A stretch of DNA of 64,000 bases from Octopus bimaculoides (Eukaryota): the NCBI RefSeq assembly GCF_001194135.2, contig NC_069004.1, forward strand, positions 15,141,983-15,205,982, read 5' to 3'. Position 1 is the stretch's first letter, and the number at the start of each line of letters is the position of its first letter. Of the stretch, positions 52,784-64,000 are shown in pieces. The notes beneath the pieces were generated by a model. It saw only the letters and a program-made list of their open reading frames with translations. It was not told where the DNA came from and searched no databases. The position numbers were made by a program, and so were the translations under genes.

Positions 52784-53150
52784 AGAGAGGATAGTAGTAG
52801 TAGGTAAATAAGTAAGTAAAATCCCTAGTTGGTGACTGCAGTGGGAGGCTGTCCTCTCAACCAATACGATGTTGTAGGTGCTGCTGGATGACAGACTTTG
52901 GTGATGATGTTATTCCACACTTTCCAATCCATAGAACAAACCAAATAATGTACCATGCTTATGGGTTCACAAAACAATGATTATAAGAAAGCCGGAACTC
53001 ATGAAATAACAGTGATCAATGCAATTACTGAAACTAAGATGATGATCTTACAAATACAAATTTATTTTTTACATTACATATCCTGTGGTCTGGTTGACCG
53101 TTGGGGCACCACTGATGACTTTGCAACCAGGATTGTTTTGGCCATCAAGG

Positions 53151-53340
53151 AGGTTATTACAAGTTCAAATATGCTTGGGGCACATTCAAGCCCATAACAA
53201 AGCCATTCACTGTGTTTTGTCATGGAGAAAATTTCTCGCTGTTAGAAGAAAATGGAGTGTTTTCTCCATGACAAAACATAGTGAATGACTTTCTTACGGA
53301 TTCAAATATGTCCCAAGCATATTTGAACTAGTAATAACCT
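53151..53340. repeat. Intronic foldback (~80-bp arms)
   Basis: AGGTTATTACAAGTTCAAATATGCTTGGG...TTTTGTCATGGAGAAA matches the reverse complement of 53262-53340. Confidence 0.88.
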
Positions 53341-54090
53341 TGTGTTTATTACACATCACTGCTTAGCGCTGCCACCCCAATGATCTTACAACCTTTTTTT
53401 AATTTTTAAGTAGTAAAAATAATATTTTGAAAAATTTAAAAGAGCAGCAATGAAATTTTAAAAGATTAATGATTGTAGCAAAATTTGAACTCAGAACAAA
53501 TATCTTCACCTAACTATCAGCAATTCTGGTTTAACTCAGAACAAGAAAAAGATGTTTTTTTTGGTATTAATCAGTAGAAAAAGAGCAGCACCAAATTTTC
53601 CAAAATTTATCCAAAACTAGTGAGGAAAAAAGGAGGAAGATCTCAGTAGCCTCACACTGAAGGGAGATCTTATTTAAATATTTGTAACAGAGTGGATTCC
53701 ACTAAGACACCTAAGAGTAGTAATGTGATGATGCTGAACCGTTATGATAAAAACCCATCCACAATGTCATTGATTCTATGGTACAAACTTTGTTTTAAAG
53801 TGACGTATGATGATGATGGTGAATGATGATGACCTAAATTAAAACTGTTCATCAAACTTTCATGGTAATTTATGTTCCAAATTCCAGACTAATAAAGACA
53901 AAATTTAATTTCAAAATTTACTTTCAAAATTAATTGAAACGAAGACAGTGTATTTCACTAGAAATACGATAACAAAACAGTTAAATTATGTGACAGATTA
54001 AGTCTAACACCCAAAACTGTTGAAATGAAATAATTTGTGATGTTGTGTAAAATAACAGAAACAAACTAAGAAGTAAAAGGTTATACTTAC

Positions 54091-54269
54091 TGCTGAGAAG
54101 AACATTGTGAAGATATATACAACCCCTTCAAGGTAAAAGCGTCGGTAGAAAGCCAAGATGATAGCTGGGATGAAGAATCCATTACTGAGGGTTAACAACA
54201 TTACCGCCAACAGTTCCAAACTATCAGAGTTGGCATCAGTGTCATCAGTACATACATAACCTTTCCATC
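54091..54269 (-). CDS. TMEM8: TMEM8/PGAP6-family exon (first TM helices)
   Basis: (G)[59 protein letters not shown]; family motifs GW-G--CTD, LTLSN and YTMFFS-like. TTTCAG and GTAAGT; 179 nt, phase 1 to 0. Confidence 0.94.
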
Positions 54270-55028
54270 CTGAAACAATAACAAAATGGGGTACTTAAAA
54301 GAGGATGCATCCACTATCCACTAACTAGACTGTTCTATACAATGACAGTCGTAAGAGTAACAAAAATAACAACAAAATCTAATGCTGGCACAGAGGCCAC
54401 AAATTTGAGCAGAAGGATATAGGTGATTAGACTTGAACAGATACTTTCATCTGTGAACCGCAGACAAATAAAATCAAATTCGGCTTTCGCCAGATTTGAA
54501 CTCAAGAAGCAAAAAGCAAACCAAATAGCACAAGGTGTTTGTTTGTCATTCAAAATTTGTGATACAGAATCCTACAAATTTAAATAGCGGGAATATATGG
54601 CCTCATGACTGGCATGAACTGATTAGATTTTGGGATCAATCCAGTACCAGACAAGGATTCTGGATTATTTTTCCTGTTTTTTTACTTAATTTTTGAGAGC
54701 AGTCGGGTTCATTTTTAGTATTCTCGTTTGTGAAAGCAGTCAAGTTTATTTCAGATATCCTCATTCTAAAAATCATCTCTGGCTAATCGTTCAGAGGACA
54801 TTGGTGTTGCCTTGGCGGAGGTTTGTGCTCTCTGAGTGCTCTTGTTCATATTGTTTTGAATTAAACATGCATTTTCTCATAGGCTTGAGATTTCAATGAT
54901 ATGATTGTTTATTTTACAATGACATTGTAGGGTAGGTGTGAAAGGCAGGATCTGGCTAGTTTGAACATAAAACAGGGAAAATATATACTAAAGGGTTAAG
55001 CAATAACAGAAAAACAGACAGAACTTAC

Positions 55029-55174
55029 CAGCAAAACATCGACATGCACTAAATACAAATAATCCACTAATGTATTCAGCACAGTGACCATAATGGCCAC
55101 ATTTTTCATTTAAACATCGAGATTGAATGATAGTGAAACGTGCAGTTGGAAATGTATGACATGGCTCCACAGTC
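55029..55174 (-). CDS. TMEM8: TMEM8/PGAP6-family exon (EGF-like domain)
   Basis: TVEPCHTFPTARFTIIQSRCLNEKCGHYGHCAEYISGLFVFSACRCFA(G): EGF-like cysteine spacing just before the TM region. TTTCAG and GTAAGT; 146 nt, phase 2 to 1. Confidence 0.9.
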
Positions 55175-55519
55175 CTGAAAGTAGAAGAATACAAGAGCTG
55201 ATTCAGTAATAGCGAGTCAAAACATATTGATTTCAAATTTTGGCACAAGGTCAGTACTTTGCGGGAAGGGAATAAGTTGATTATATCAACCATAGTGTTT
55301 AACTGGTATTTATTTTATCGACTCCAAAAGGATGAAAGGCAAAGTTGACTTCATCGGAATTTGAACTCAGAACAGAAGGATGGATGAAATGCTGCTAAGC
55401 ATTTTGACCGGCGTGCAAATGATTTTGCCAGCTCGCTGCTTTAGCATTGAAAATATTTAGAATTTTGTTACACAATGTAGGGTGGATTGTATTTTAACTT
55501 TCTAGGGGCCAGATAACTG

Positions 55520-55845
55520 GCATTCCAACAGTTACGACAATAAAGGTTCCAGTTGAGCCAACCAATGGAACAGCCTGCTCATGAAGTTAATGTGCAAGTG
55601 GCTGAGCACTCCACAGATACGAGTACACTTAATATAGTTCTCAAGGAGATTCAGCATGACACGGAATGTGACAAGGCCAGCCTTTTGAATAACAGGTACA
55701 ACTCATGTTTGACAGCTGAGTGGACTGGAGCAACATGAAATAAAGTGTCTTGCTCAAGGACACAACATGCTGCTAGGAATCAAACTCACAACCTCTTGAT
55801 TGTGAGCCAATTATCCTGACCACTAAACCATGAGCCTTCACAGAG
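55520..55845 (-). mobile_element. Third tRNA-headed SINE family
   Basis: Head ...TGGTTTAGTGG...GAGTTTGATTCC...CTTGAGCAAGACACTTTATTTCA. Related copies at 29680-29950 (plus) and 25640-25970 (minus, different tail). Confidence 0.75.
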
Positions 55846-56948
55846 GCCAGATATGGAAAGAGATACAATGTCTAAATAAGTGGCTCTCAATTGGGGTCTG
55901 TATGGCCCTTGGGGATCCATATAAGATTTTCTTGTTAAAATTAATGTGCAATAAATCACTTAAATTCCTTCTGCAATACACAAAATATTAAAATTTCTTT
56001 TACAAAATTCCTGATAATATTTAATTATAAAAATACAGTAAGATTCCATTTTTATATAATTTGAATAACTATGGAGGTCCAGTAGAATAAAATAGGAATC
56101 AGGGGTCCATAGGCAAAAAATGATTGAGAATCAATGGTCTGAAGCATCATCATCATCATCATCATCGTTTAACGTCTGCTTTCCATGCTATAGTTACCAT
56201 GAGAAAAACTCTCATATTGGCTTTTGGTGCAAAATGCACTCTTGTGTATGTCACTAGCAGGAAGGTGAATCCTTGCCATCTCCATTGTGGAGACCACCAG
56301 ATCATGTGATTTCGACCATAACTTGGATGCTCAACTGAAATTAAAATGCCTTTGATCATTGGGGCTAAACAAGTCCCTTCTTTGGGGAAAAAGAAATGCT
56401 GTACTTGACAATGTGATACAGACTATTAACATCATCATCATAATTTTACTCTAGCATCGGTTGACTGACAGTATCTCACCACATGGCATGGTCTTTTATC
56501 GTCTGACATACACAACAAAAGAGAACATTGACAATCCATGTTCTTGTGCATGTAAAATGGTTGGCAACAGGAAAGGCATCCAACCATGGAAACTAATAAA
56601 AAAAAAAGAAATACAACAGCAGAATGGACTATGGGAATTTTACAGTGCCACCAGCACCAAAGAGGTTGTATGCTAGGACTAAAGAGTCCCCTGCCTGAAT
56701 AAACAACAAATAATCATAGCTAGAAAAAACACCTTTGGTCATAGGTTTGCTTAATCAGGGCTAACCTAAGGTTAACAAATGAAACAAATCATTTACAAAT
56801 AAAACGATATATCTAGATATATAAGTGCTCCAGAATGGTCCTGACCATAATGGCTAAAAGAAATTAAAGAACATAAAGGTACAGAGCAATTTACAGATGA
56901 ATTCCATGACTCCTCTTCATTTTCAGCACAAATTGATTAAGTACTTAC

Positions 56949-57160
56949 TGATTTCTCTCTATGGAGTAGCACCGACTTATTAAAGCTACATAATAGTCCC
57001 CAAACTCTGGATATGGTATATGAATTCTTTGATGATGATGTTGATCGTCTGCAGACTCAATAGAAAGCAGTGCACCATTGGAACAATTCTCTAAATTGTG
57101 AACATCAGGGAAACCATCTTTGACAATGCACATATAGATGGTAGCAGTCTGGTTCTCTGA
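56949..57160 (-). CDS. TMEM8: TMEM8/PGAP6-family exon (extracellular region)
   Basis: SENQTATIYMCIVKDGFPDVHNLENC...IHIPYPEFGDYYVALISRCYSIERN; IPYPE-G-YY resembles the family extracellular motif. TTACAG and GTAAGT; 212 nt, phase 0 to 2. Confidence 0.88.
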
Positions 57161-57670
57161 CTGTAACAAGAAACATAAGTTTACATTAACAAATTTCTGA
57201 GATATATTCCATTTAAGAGAAATGACAAATGTTTGGGGCCTGAGAATAACAACAAAATCTGACAATGTAACCCTTAGGACTTCAATATCAATGTGCAATG
57301 TTATACTGCAAAGGGACAATGCTCAATCACATAAAATGTCTGAAAAGACTCAGAATTCTTTGACAACATGAGAATAATGATTTCTTTCACGGACACAAGG
57401 CCAAATATTGTATGGGGAGAGAACAGTCAATTACATCAACCCCACTACTTATTCAGTGTTTTATTTAACTGACTCCAGAAGGATTGAAAAGTAAAGTTGA
57501 CCTCAGCAGGATTTGAACTCAGAACGTAAAAATTATTCTATCAAATGTAAGGTTTGTTCATTTATATTATTTTGAATTAATCATGCATTATCTTGTAGTT
57601 GATGTGGTTGCTTAGACTTCAAGAACACAACACACGGTCAGGAATCGATCATGTGCTGAATACCCTAACC

Positions 57671-57949
57671 CAGGGGCTTTCAAACTGTGGTCCGCAAGGA
57701 CAAGATAGGGGGTCCGTGGACAGCAAATACTTTTTCTGGGCAATTTGATTTTATATATGTTTTTTAATCGAAATCTTTTAATTGACAATAAACGTATTTG
57801 TTAAATACTGTTAAATAAACAAATGTAAAAATATATGTTATTTTAAGCAAATATTTATGTATAAATTTCATAAGCGTTTATAAGGGGGTCCCTAAGGTAA
57901 AGCTTGAAATATAAAGGGGTCTGCAAGTCAAAAAGTTTGAAAACCCCTG
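57671..57949. mobile_element. hAT-type MITE
   Basis: 16-bp TIR CAGGGG(C/T)TTTCAAACT and a perfect 8-bp TSD CCCTAACC (57663-57670, 57950-57957). Confidence 0.92.
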
Positions 57950-58272
57950 CCCTAACCCACATGTCTCTACTTAGTAATTTAAAATAAGGTATTTCTATAT
58001 TATTATTGTCTACCAGGACTTGACATCTCTGATATTTTCGGGTTCATGTCATTGAAGAAAATAAAGATACTAATGACATTTAAGTAATTGTTTCACTTCA
58101 TCCAGTTAAATTGTAAATTTTTCATAGATTTTCATCCTCCACAGGAGGCAGTGAACTGGTAGAATTGGTGGATTAGCATTAGCTCTAACATTTTATATCC
58201 AGAGTTAAAGCATCATAGTAACTCTAACTCTTTACTCCACAATACTTTATTTTCAACCAAAAATAAACATAT

Positions 58273-58673
58273 GGGCGTAGGAGTGGCTGTGTGGTAAGTA
58301 GCTTGCTTACGAACCACATGGCTCCGGGTTCAGTCCCACTATGTGGCACCTTGGGCAAGTGTCTTCTACTATAGCATCGGGCCAACCAAAGCCTTGTGAG
58401 TGGATTTGGTATACGGAAACTGAAAGAAGCCCGTCGTATATAAGTTTGTGTCTGTGTATATGCTTGTGTGTCTGTGTTTGTCCCCACCAACATCACTTGA
58501 CAACTGATGCTGGTGTGTTTACGTCCCCGTAACCTAGCGGTTCGGCAAAGGAGACCGATAGAATAATACTAGGCTTACAAAGAATAAGTCCTGGGGTCAA
58601 TTTGCTTGACTAAAGGCAGTGCTCTAGCATGGCCACAGTCAAATGACTGAAACAAGTAAAAGAGTAAAGAGTA
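58273..58673 (+). mobile_element. tRNA-derived CORE-type SINE (octopus OR2-like), full length
   Basis: A box TGGCTGTGTGG (58284-58294), B-box-like GGGTTCAGTCCC, CORE-like CACCTTGGGCAAGTG, (GTAAAAGA) tail. Related copies at about 305-920 (minus), 20665-20830, 21130-21390, 36860-37080 and 40075-40235. Family name from memory of published octopus SINEs. Confidence 0.8.
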
Positions 58674-59118
58674 TTCAAAATCGTGAGCATAATACATTTT
58701 AAGGCCATTTTCCCTAAAGTAAGCCATTAACCATTGCAAACTCCATAACAGTTTTCTCCACTTTGAATCATATTTATCATGGCTCCCTTTTTGGGGCAGT
58801 GTTTTACAACCAATCAACAACTCTTTTACCTGCCTCATATGACACACAAAGACACTACTGGGCACCTATTCTAGGACAGGGGAAAACTTAGTAACCTGAA
58901 TACAAATGTAATAGTGGTTTCAAATTTTGGCACAAGGCCAGTAATTTCGAGAAGAAGGTAAGTCGATTACAACAACCCCAGTACTTAACTGGTACTTATT
59001 TTATCGACCTCAAAAGGACGAAAGGCAAAGTCGACCTTGGTGGAATAATATTAAAAAAGTATACTAAATTACATCACACAGGAGGGAAAAAGAAAATAAA
59101 AAATTTTTAGAAACTCAC

Positions 59119-59429
59119 AAGTTTTTGTTTATCAAAATGCAACGTTATACCAATGGTACCTCCGGAATTGGATAGAAAACGGACATTGAAACCAGTTATC
59201 AGACTGTGAGTGTCAGGAACAACTAAAGTGTTGTTCCTCTTTGGCATGAGAAATTCATTGGGAAAGACATAAATACTGTTGAAGTTCTCACTGGCACTAC
59301 TGAACTGTCCCAACATAGGAAGTATAATACACTTGGACTGAAATTCTGAGGCCACCTGGCTTTTGTTAGCTGCCATTGATTCATCTGTGGAATTCTCCAT
59401 GAAGATATGTGATGACTTTGCTTCACATT
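59119..59429 (-). CDS. TMEM8: TMEM8/PGAP6-family exon (extracellular region)
   Basis: Open frame ...CIILPMLGQF...RFLSNSGGTIGITLHFDKQKL (SGGT motif). TTTCAG and GTGAGT; 311 nt, phase 1 to 0, fits both neighbours. Confidence 0.85.
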
Positions 59430-59696
59430 CTGAAACAGTAAGACAACAGAGTTGTTAGTAGTAGCAGCAGCAGCAATAAGGAGTCTTGTACATTTGTCAC
59501 AAGGTTGTACTTGAATAAAGAGAAGGTTAAGGCAGAATATCAACAATCCAATGAGAAATACTTATGTGGTGAGGAAAAAGCAATGCTGGTTTCAAATTTT
59601 GGCACAAGGCCAGCAATTTTGGGGAGAGACTGGATGATAACATCAACCCCAGTATGTGACTGGTACTTATTTTATCAACCCTGAAAGGATGAAAGG

Positions 59697-59999
59697 AGGC
59701 GCAATGGCCCACTGGTTAGGGCAGCGGACTCGCGGTCGGAGGATCGCGGTTTCGATTCCCAGACCGGGGTTTGTGAGTGTTTATTGAGCGAAAACACCTA
59801 AGCTCCATGAGGCTCTGGCAGGGGGTGGTGGCGACCCCTGTTGTACTCTTTCGCCCCAACTTTCTCTCACTCTTTCTTCCTGTTTCTTGAGTAACGCTGC
59901 GATGGACTGGCGTCCCGTCCAGCAGCTGGGGGGGAACACATACGCCATAGAAACCGGGAAACTGGGCCCATGAGCCTGGCTAGGCTTTGAAAGGGCGAC
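59697..59999 (+). mobile_element. tRNA-derived SINE (OR1-like head) nested in a Nin-type SINE
   Basis: Head GGCGCAATGGCCCACTGG...GGTTTCGATTCCC; flanked by a 14-bp TSD GAAAGGATG(A/G)AAGG at 59683-59696 and 60000-60013. Same head at 41173-41360 and 52590-52783 (minus). Confidence 0.85.
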
Positions 60000-60621
60000 G
60001 AAAGGATGGAAGGCAAAGTCAACCTTGACAGATTTTGAACTCAGAACATAAAGACAGACAAAATGTCACTAAGCATTTTGCCTGGTGTGCAAATGCTTCT
60101 GCCATCTTGGTGTCTTATGAAAAGGCAATATTAATGAATGACTAATATTTTAATTTCAGGAAATATGGATGAGAAACAATGCATGGCATGTTTCAGTATT
60201 ATTAAGCTTCCTCAACAAAACAGATTTCACTGTTCTTACTTAAGTAATGACAAAAGAATTACTAAGTAGATGTTTGACAATATTGCACAGGAGCGGATAG
60301 GGAAACTCTGTTAGAGTGACCTGATCCCTGAATAAATTACTGGTATCTTTCTCATTTCCCCCCCGAGACTGAGGGAAAATAAAAATCAACCTCAACTCAA
60401 TTTGAATTTTGGGAACGTAGCAGGAGTATAGCTAAATGTCGTATTCAGTAATTAGTTACGTCCACAAAACACTTTCTGAAACTGCAACATCTTAATGGAT
60501 GATACTGATGACAGTGATGATGTTGGTGATGTTGGTGATGAGGTGGAGGAGAACATAGGCTGAGAACTAAAAAATTTAGCAGCGGAAGAAAGAGGACCAT
60601 CAATAAAAAAACAATCAAGTG

Positions 60622-60920
60622 ATCATCATCATCATCATCATCATCATCATCGTTTAACGTCCGCTTTCCATGCTAGCACGGGTTGGACGATTTGACTGAG
60701 GACTGGTGAAACCAGATGGCTACACCAGGCTCCAATCTGATTTGGCAGAGTTTCTACAGCTGGATGCCCTTCTTAACGCCAACCACTCAGAGAGTGTAGT
60801 GGGTGCTTTTACGTGCCACCAGCACGAAGGCCAGTCAGGCGGTACTGGCAACGGCCACACGCTCAAAATGGTATATTTTACGTGCCACCTGCACGGGAGC
60901 CAGTCCAGCAGCACTGGCAA
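60622..60920 (-). mobile_element. Representative of the abundant (GAT)n-tailed RTE 3'-end repeat
   Basis: Same sequence as 51450-51620. Other copies at about 40-260, 1420-1660, 3305-3520, 4231-4390, 5311-5590, 7020-7200, 17200-17480, 20040-20300, 20880-21060, 21600-21830, 29330-29500, 34505-34800 and 35590-35980. Confidence 0.88.
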
Positions 60921-61220
60921 CTACTATTTACTATTTAGTACACACCTTCACCACACAGACACTCACAGTATCACCTCCTCCATTACTGAGATCTTCTATA
61001 ACAATTTGCACCACTACATTGACATTGCAGTACCACTTCAGACTGCTACATTGCCACTCCCAAAACACTCCGTGCTACTAGGCTAACATAATATACCATA
61101 CCTCTCCTCAGACATTCATATATCACTACATTGACACTGCTGCAACACTTCATACCACTATGCTGACACTGACACAACACATCATATACCTACGTTAACG
61201 GTACCCCAACAGTAACTTAC

Positions 61221-61504
61221 CTTCAGTGGTTACCTGCCATGTGACAGTGACAGGTGCTGTACTGTTGATATCACGGAGATAGAAGGCAACAAAGTTTAAC
61301 CCTGAGCTATTGGGTGACACAACTCGAAGGTGACAGTTCTCCGTAGAATTTGTACAGTTGATGAGAAACTCATCGACATCAAAAGGTGGCATGTTACCGT
61401 TGCCGATGGATACATAGATAGGACATCCTCCAGTGTCCACCGAGTCAACGGTACAGTTGAGTACAGAAAAATAGTACAGGTAGCTCAGAGGAGGGAGGAC
61501 AATT
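61221..61504 (-). CDS. TMEM8: TMEM8/PGAP6-family exon (extracellular region)
   Basis: Open frame IVLPPLSYLYYFSVLNCTVDSVDTGGCPIYVSIG...VTWQVTTE. TTCCAG and GTAAGT; 284 nt, phase 2 to 1. Confidence 0.82.
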
Positions 61505-61719
61505 CTGGAATGAAAAGATTGAACAAATGATAAGAGAAAAGAAAGACTAACTATATAAACATGGTACAGACATACACATATTCGGGGTGTGAGGTAAATT
61601 TAGTGTTGTGCTACAGATGTAGTGAAAGATCCTTTGTTAATTTGAACTCAGAACATTGTAATACAATACCATTTCTCTTCTATTTATATATTTAGAACAA
61701 ATAAGGGATATACATGCAT

Positions 61720-63842
61720 ATTGCATAAGACATGCGTGTAGGACACTGCACAAGATATGCATGAAGAACACTGCACAAGATGCTTGTAGAACTCTGTGCA
61801 AAACACACCTGTGCAACACTGTGCAAGACACCTGTAGGACACTGCACAAAACACACCTGTGCAAGATATACCTGCAGGACACTGTGCAAGATACACCTGT
61901 AGGGCAGTACATAGGACACACCTGTAGGACAGTACACAAGACACACCTGTAGGGCACTGCACAAGACACACCTGTAGGACACTGCACAAGGCATACCTGT
62001 AGGACACTGCACAAGACACACCTGTAGGACACTGCACAAGACACACCAATAAGACACTGCAAAAAACACACCTATAAGACACTGCATAAGACACACCTAT
62101 AGGACACTGCACAAGACATGCCTGTAGGACACTGCACAAGACATGCCTGTAGGACACTGCACAATATACACCTGTAAGACGTTACACAAGACACACCTGT
62201 AATACACTGCACAAGACACACATGTAGAAGACTGCACAAAACCCACCTGCAGGACATTACACAAGACACACCTGTAGGAGTCTGCACACGGCACACTTGT
62301 AGGGCACTGCACAAGACACACTTGTAGGACACTGTGCTGCACTAGACATGTCTGTAGGAAATTGTACTGCACTAAACACACTTGTAGGACACTGCACAAG
62401 ACACCTGTAGGACACTGCACAAGACACACCTGTAGGATACTGCACAAGACACACCTGTAGGATACTGCACAAGAAACACCTCTAGGACACTTTACTAAAA
62501 ACACAGATGTACGACACTGCACAAAACACACCTGTAAAACACTACACACAAGACACACCTATAGGACATTGCACAAAATGCACCTCAAAAATGTTGCACA
62601 AGACACACCTGTAGGACACTGCTCAAGACATACTTGGAGGACACTGTTCAAGACATACCTGTAGGACACTGTGTGAGACATACCTCTAAGACACTATGAG
62701 ACATACCTGTAGGGCACTGTGTGAGACATACCTCTAAGACACTATGAGACATACCTGTAGGGCACTGTGTGAGACATACCTGTAAGACACTGCATGAGAC
62801 ATACCTGTAGGACACAGCACAAAACCCACTTGTAGGGCACTGTGTCAGACACAAATGTAGAACACTGCACAAAATGCACTTGTGTGACACTGTACAAAAC
62901 ACAAGTGTAGGACACTGTACTGCACAAAACACACCTGTAGGACACTGCACAGAACACGTTTGTAAGACAATGCACAAAACACTCTTGTAAGACACTTCAT
63001 GAGACCCACCTGTAGGATACTACACAAAACAAACCTGTTGGACATTTCATAAAACACACATGTGGGACACTGCATAAGACACACCTATAAATCACTGCAC
63101 AAAGCACATCTGTGCCACACTGCACGGAACATGCCTGTGGGACAATGCAAAAAACACACCTGTGGGACACTGCAAAAAACAACACACTTTGTGGGGCACT
63201 ACACAAAACATACCTGTGAGGCACTGCATAAGTCACACCTATAAAACACTGCACAAGACACACCTGCAGGACACAGCAGAAGACACAACTGCAGCACACT
63301 GCACAAGACACACCTGTGGCACACTGCACAAGACACATCTGAAGGCACAGCACAAGACACGCCTGTGAGACACTGCACAAGATGCCTGTGGAAAACTGCA
63401 CAAAGCATGCCTGTGGCACACTGCACAAGACATGCTTGTAGGACACTGCACAAAACACACTTGTGGGACACTACACAAAACACACCTGTGGAACACTGCA
63501 CAAGACAGCTGTAGGACACTGCACAAGACACAGCTGTGTGACACTGCATAAAACACACCTGTAGTGCACTGCACAAGACACACACATAGAAGATTGCACA
63601 AAACACACATGCAGGACATTACACAAGACACATGTGTAGGAGTCTGCACATGGCACACCTGTAAGACATGGCATAAGGCACACCTGTAGGACACTGCACA
63701 AAGCGCACTTGTAAGACACTGCACAGAACACACTTGTAGGACACTGCAGAAGACACACCTGTAGGACACTGCACAAAACACACCTGTAGGACACTGCACA
63801 AAACACACCTGTAGGACACTGCACAAAACACACCTGTGGGAC
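61720..63842. repeat. ~25-bp minisatellite, roughly 80 degenerate units, intronic
   Basis: Consensus GACACTGCACAAGACACACCTGTAG repeated throughout; it accounts for all the Cys-rich ORFs in the track here. Confidence 0.97.
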
Positions 63843-63859
63843 GTGTCTTTAATACTCAC

Positions 63860-64000
63860 TTATAGTATTTCATCTTGGACTCAAAACCATGCATTAATGT
63901 TGTTGTAACAATTGTATTGGCCACAGCTTGTCCATAACCTTTCCTCGTCTGAGTGACCAACATACCACGTACAGAGTATTTACATTTGGTGAGGATACCC
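63860..64000 (-). CDS. TMEM8: Probable TMEM8/PGAP6-family exon, cut by the window edge
   Basis: Open frame GILTKCKYSVRGMLVTQTRKGYGQAVANTIVTTTLMHGFESKMKYY(K) ending at a GTGAGT donor (63859) in phase 2, matching the 61504 exon. Confidence 0.7.

Noticed and set aside
50452-54269. Myomaker (TMEM8C) assignment
   Set aside because: The gene has a long extracellular region with an EGF-like domain before the TM helices, which myomaker lacks.
61637-63859. Many Cys-rich ORFs resembling keratin-associated or metallothionein-like proteins
   Set aside because: They are translations of the 25-bp minisatellite in all frames (the unit is not a multiple of 3) and lie within a TMEM8 intron.

Overview
AT-rich, repeat-dense animal genomic DNA with nine assembly gaps. 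The SINE complement looks like octopus/cephalopod; this is an inference and no search was run. Two spliced protein-coding genes were reconstructed by hand, both on the minus strand, with GT-AG junctions in consistent phase. (1) The 5' part of DNA polymerase theta (POLQ): six coding exons from 8553 down to 955, covering the start of the superfamily-2 helicase domain and continuing beyond the left edge. (2) The 3' part of a TMEM8/PGAP6-family gene: eight exons from beyond 64000 down to the stop codon at 50452. In the ~36 kb between them I could not support any host gene; it holds tRNA-derived SINEs, RTE, Tx1-like, HERO-like, Jockey/I-like and Penelope-like retroelement remnants, hAT and piggyBac-type MITEs, a Helitron derivative, DINE-1/HINE-like elements, foldbacks and microsatellites. 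Most notable observations: two unrelated small repeats carrying minimal type-I hammerhead-ribozyme architecture, one with a tRNA-like Pol III promoter (both copies look damaged); a 43-bp tandem array that multiplies the branch-point consensus at a POLQ 3' splice site; a 2.1-kb minisatellite filling a TMEM8 intron with repeated CAG|GT motifs; and an exact 45-bp inverted templated insertion inside a decayed RTE.
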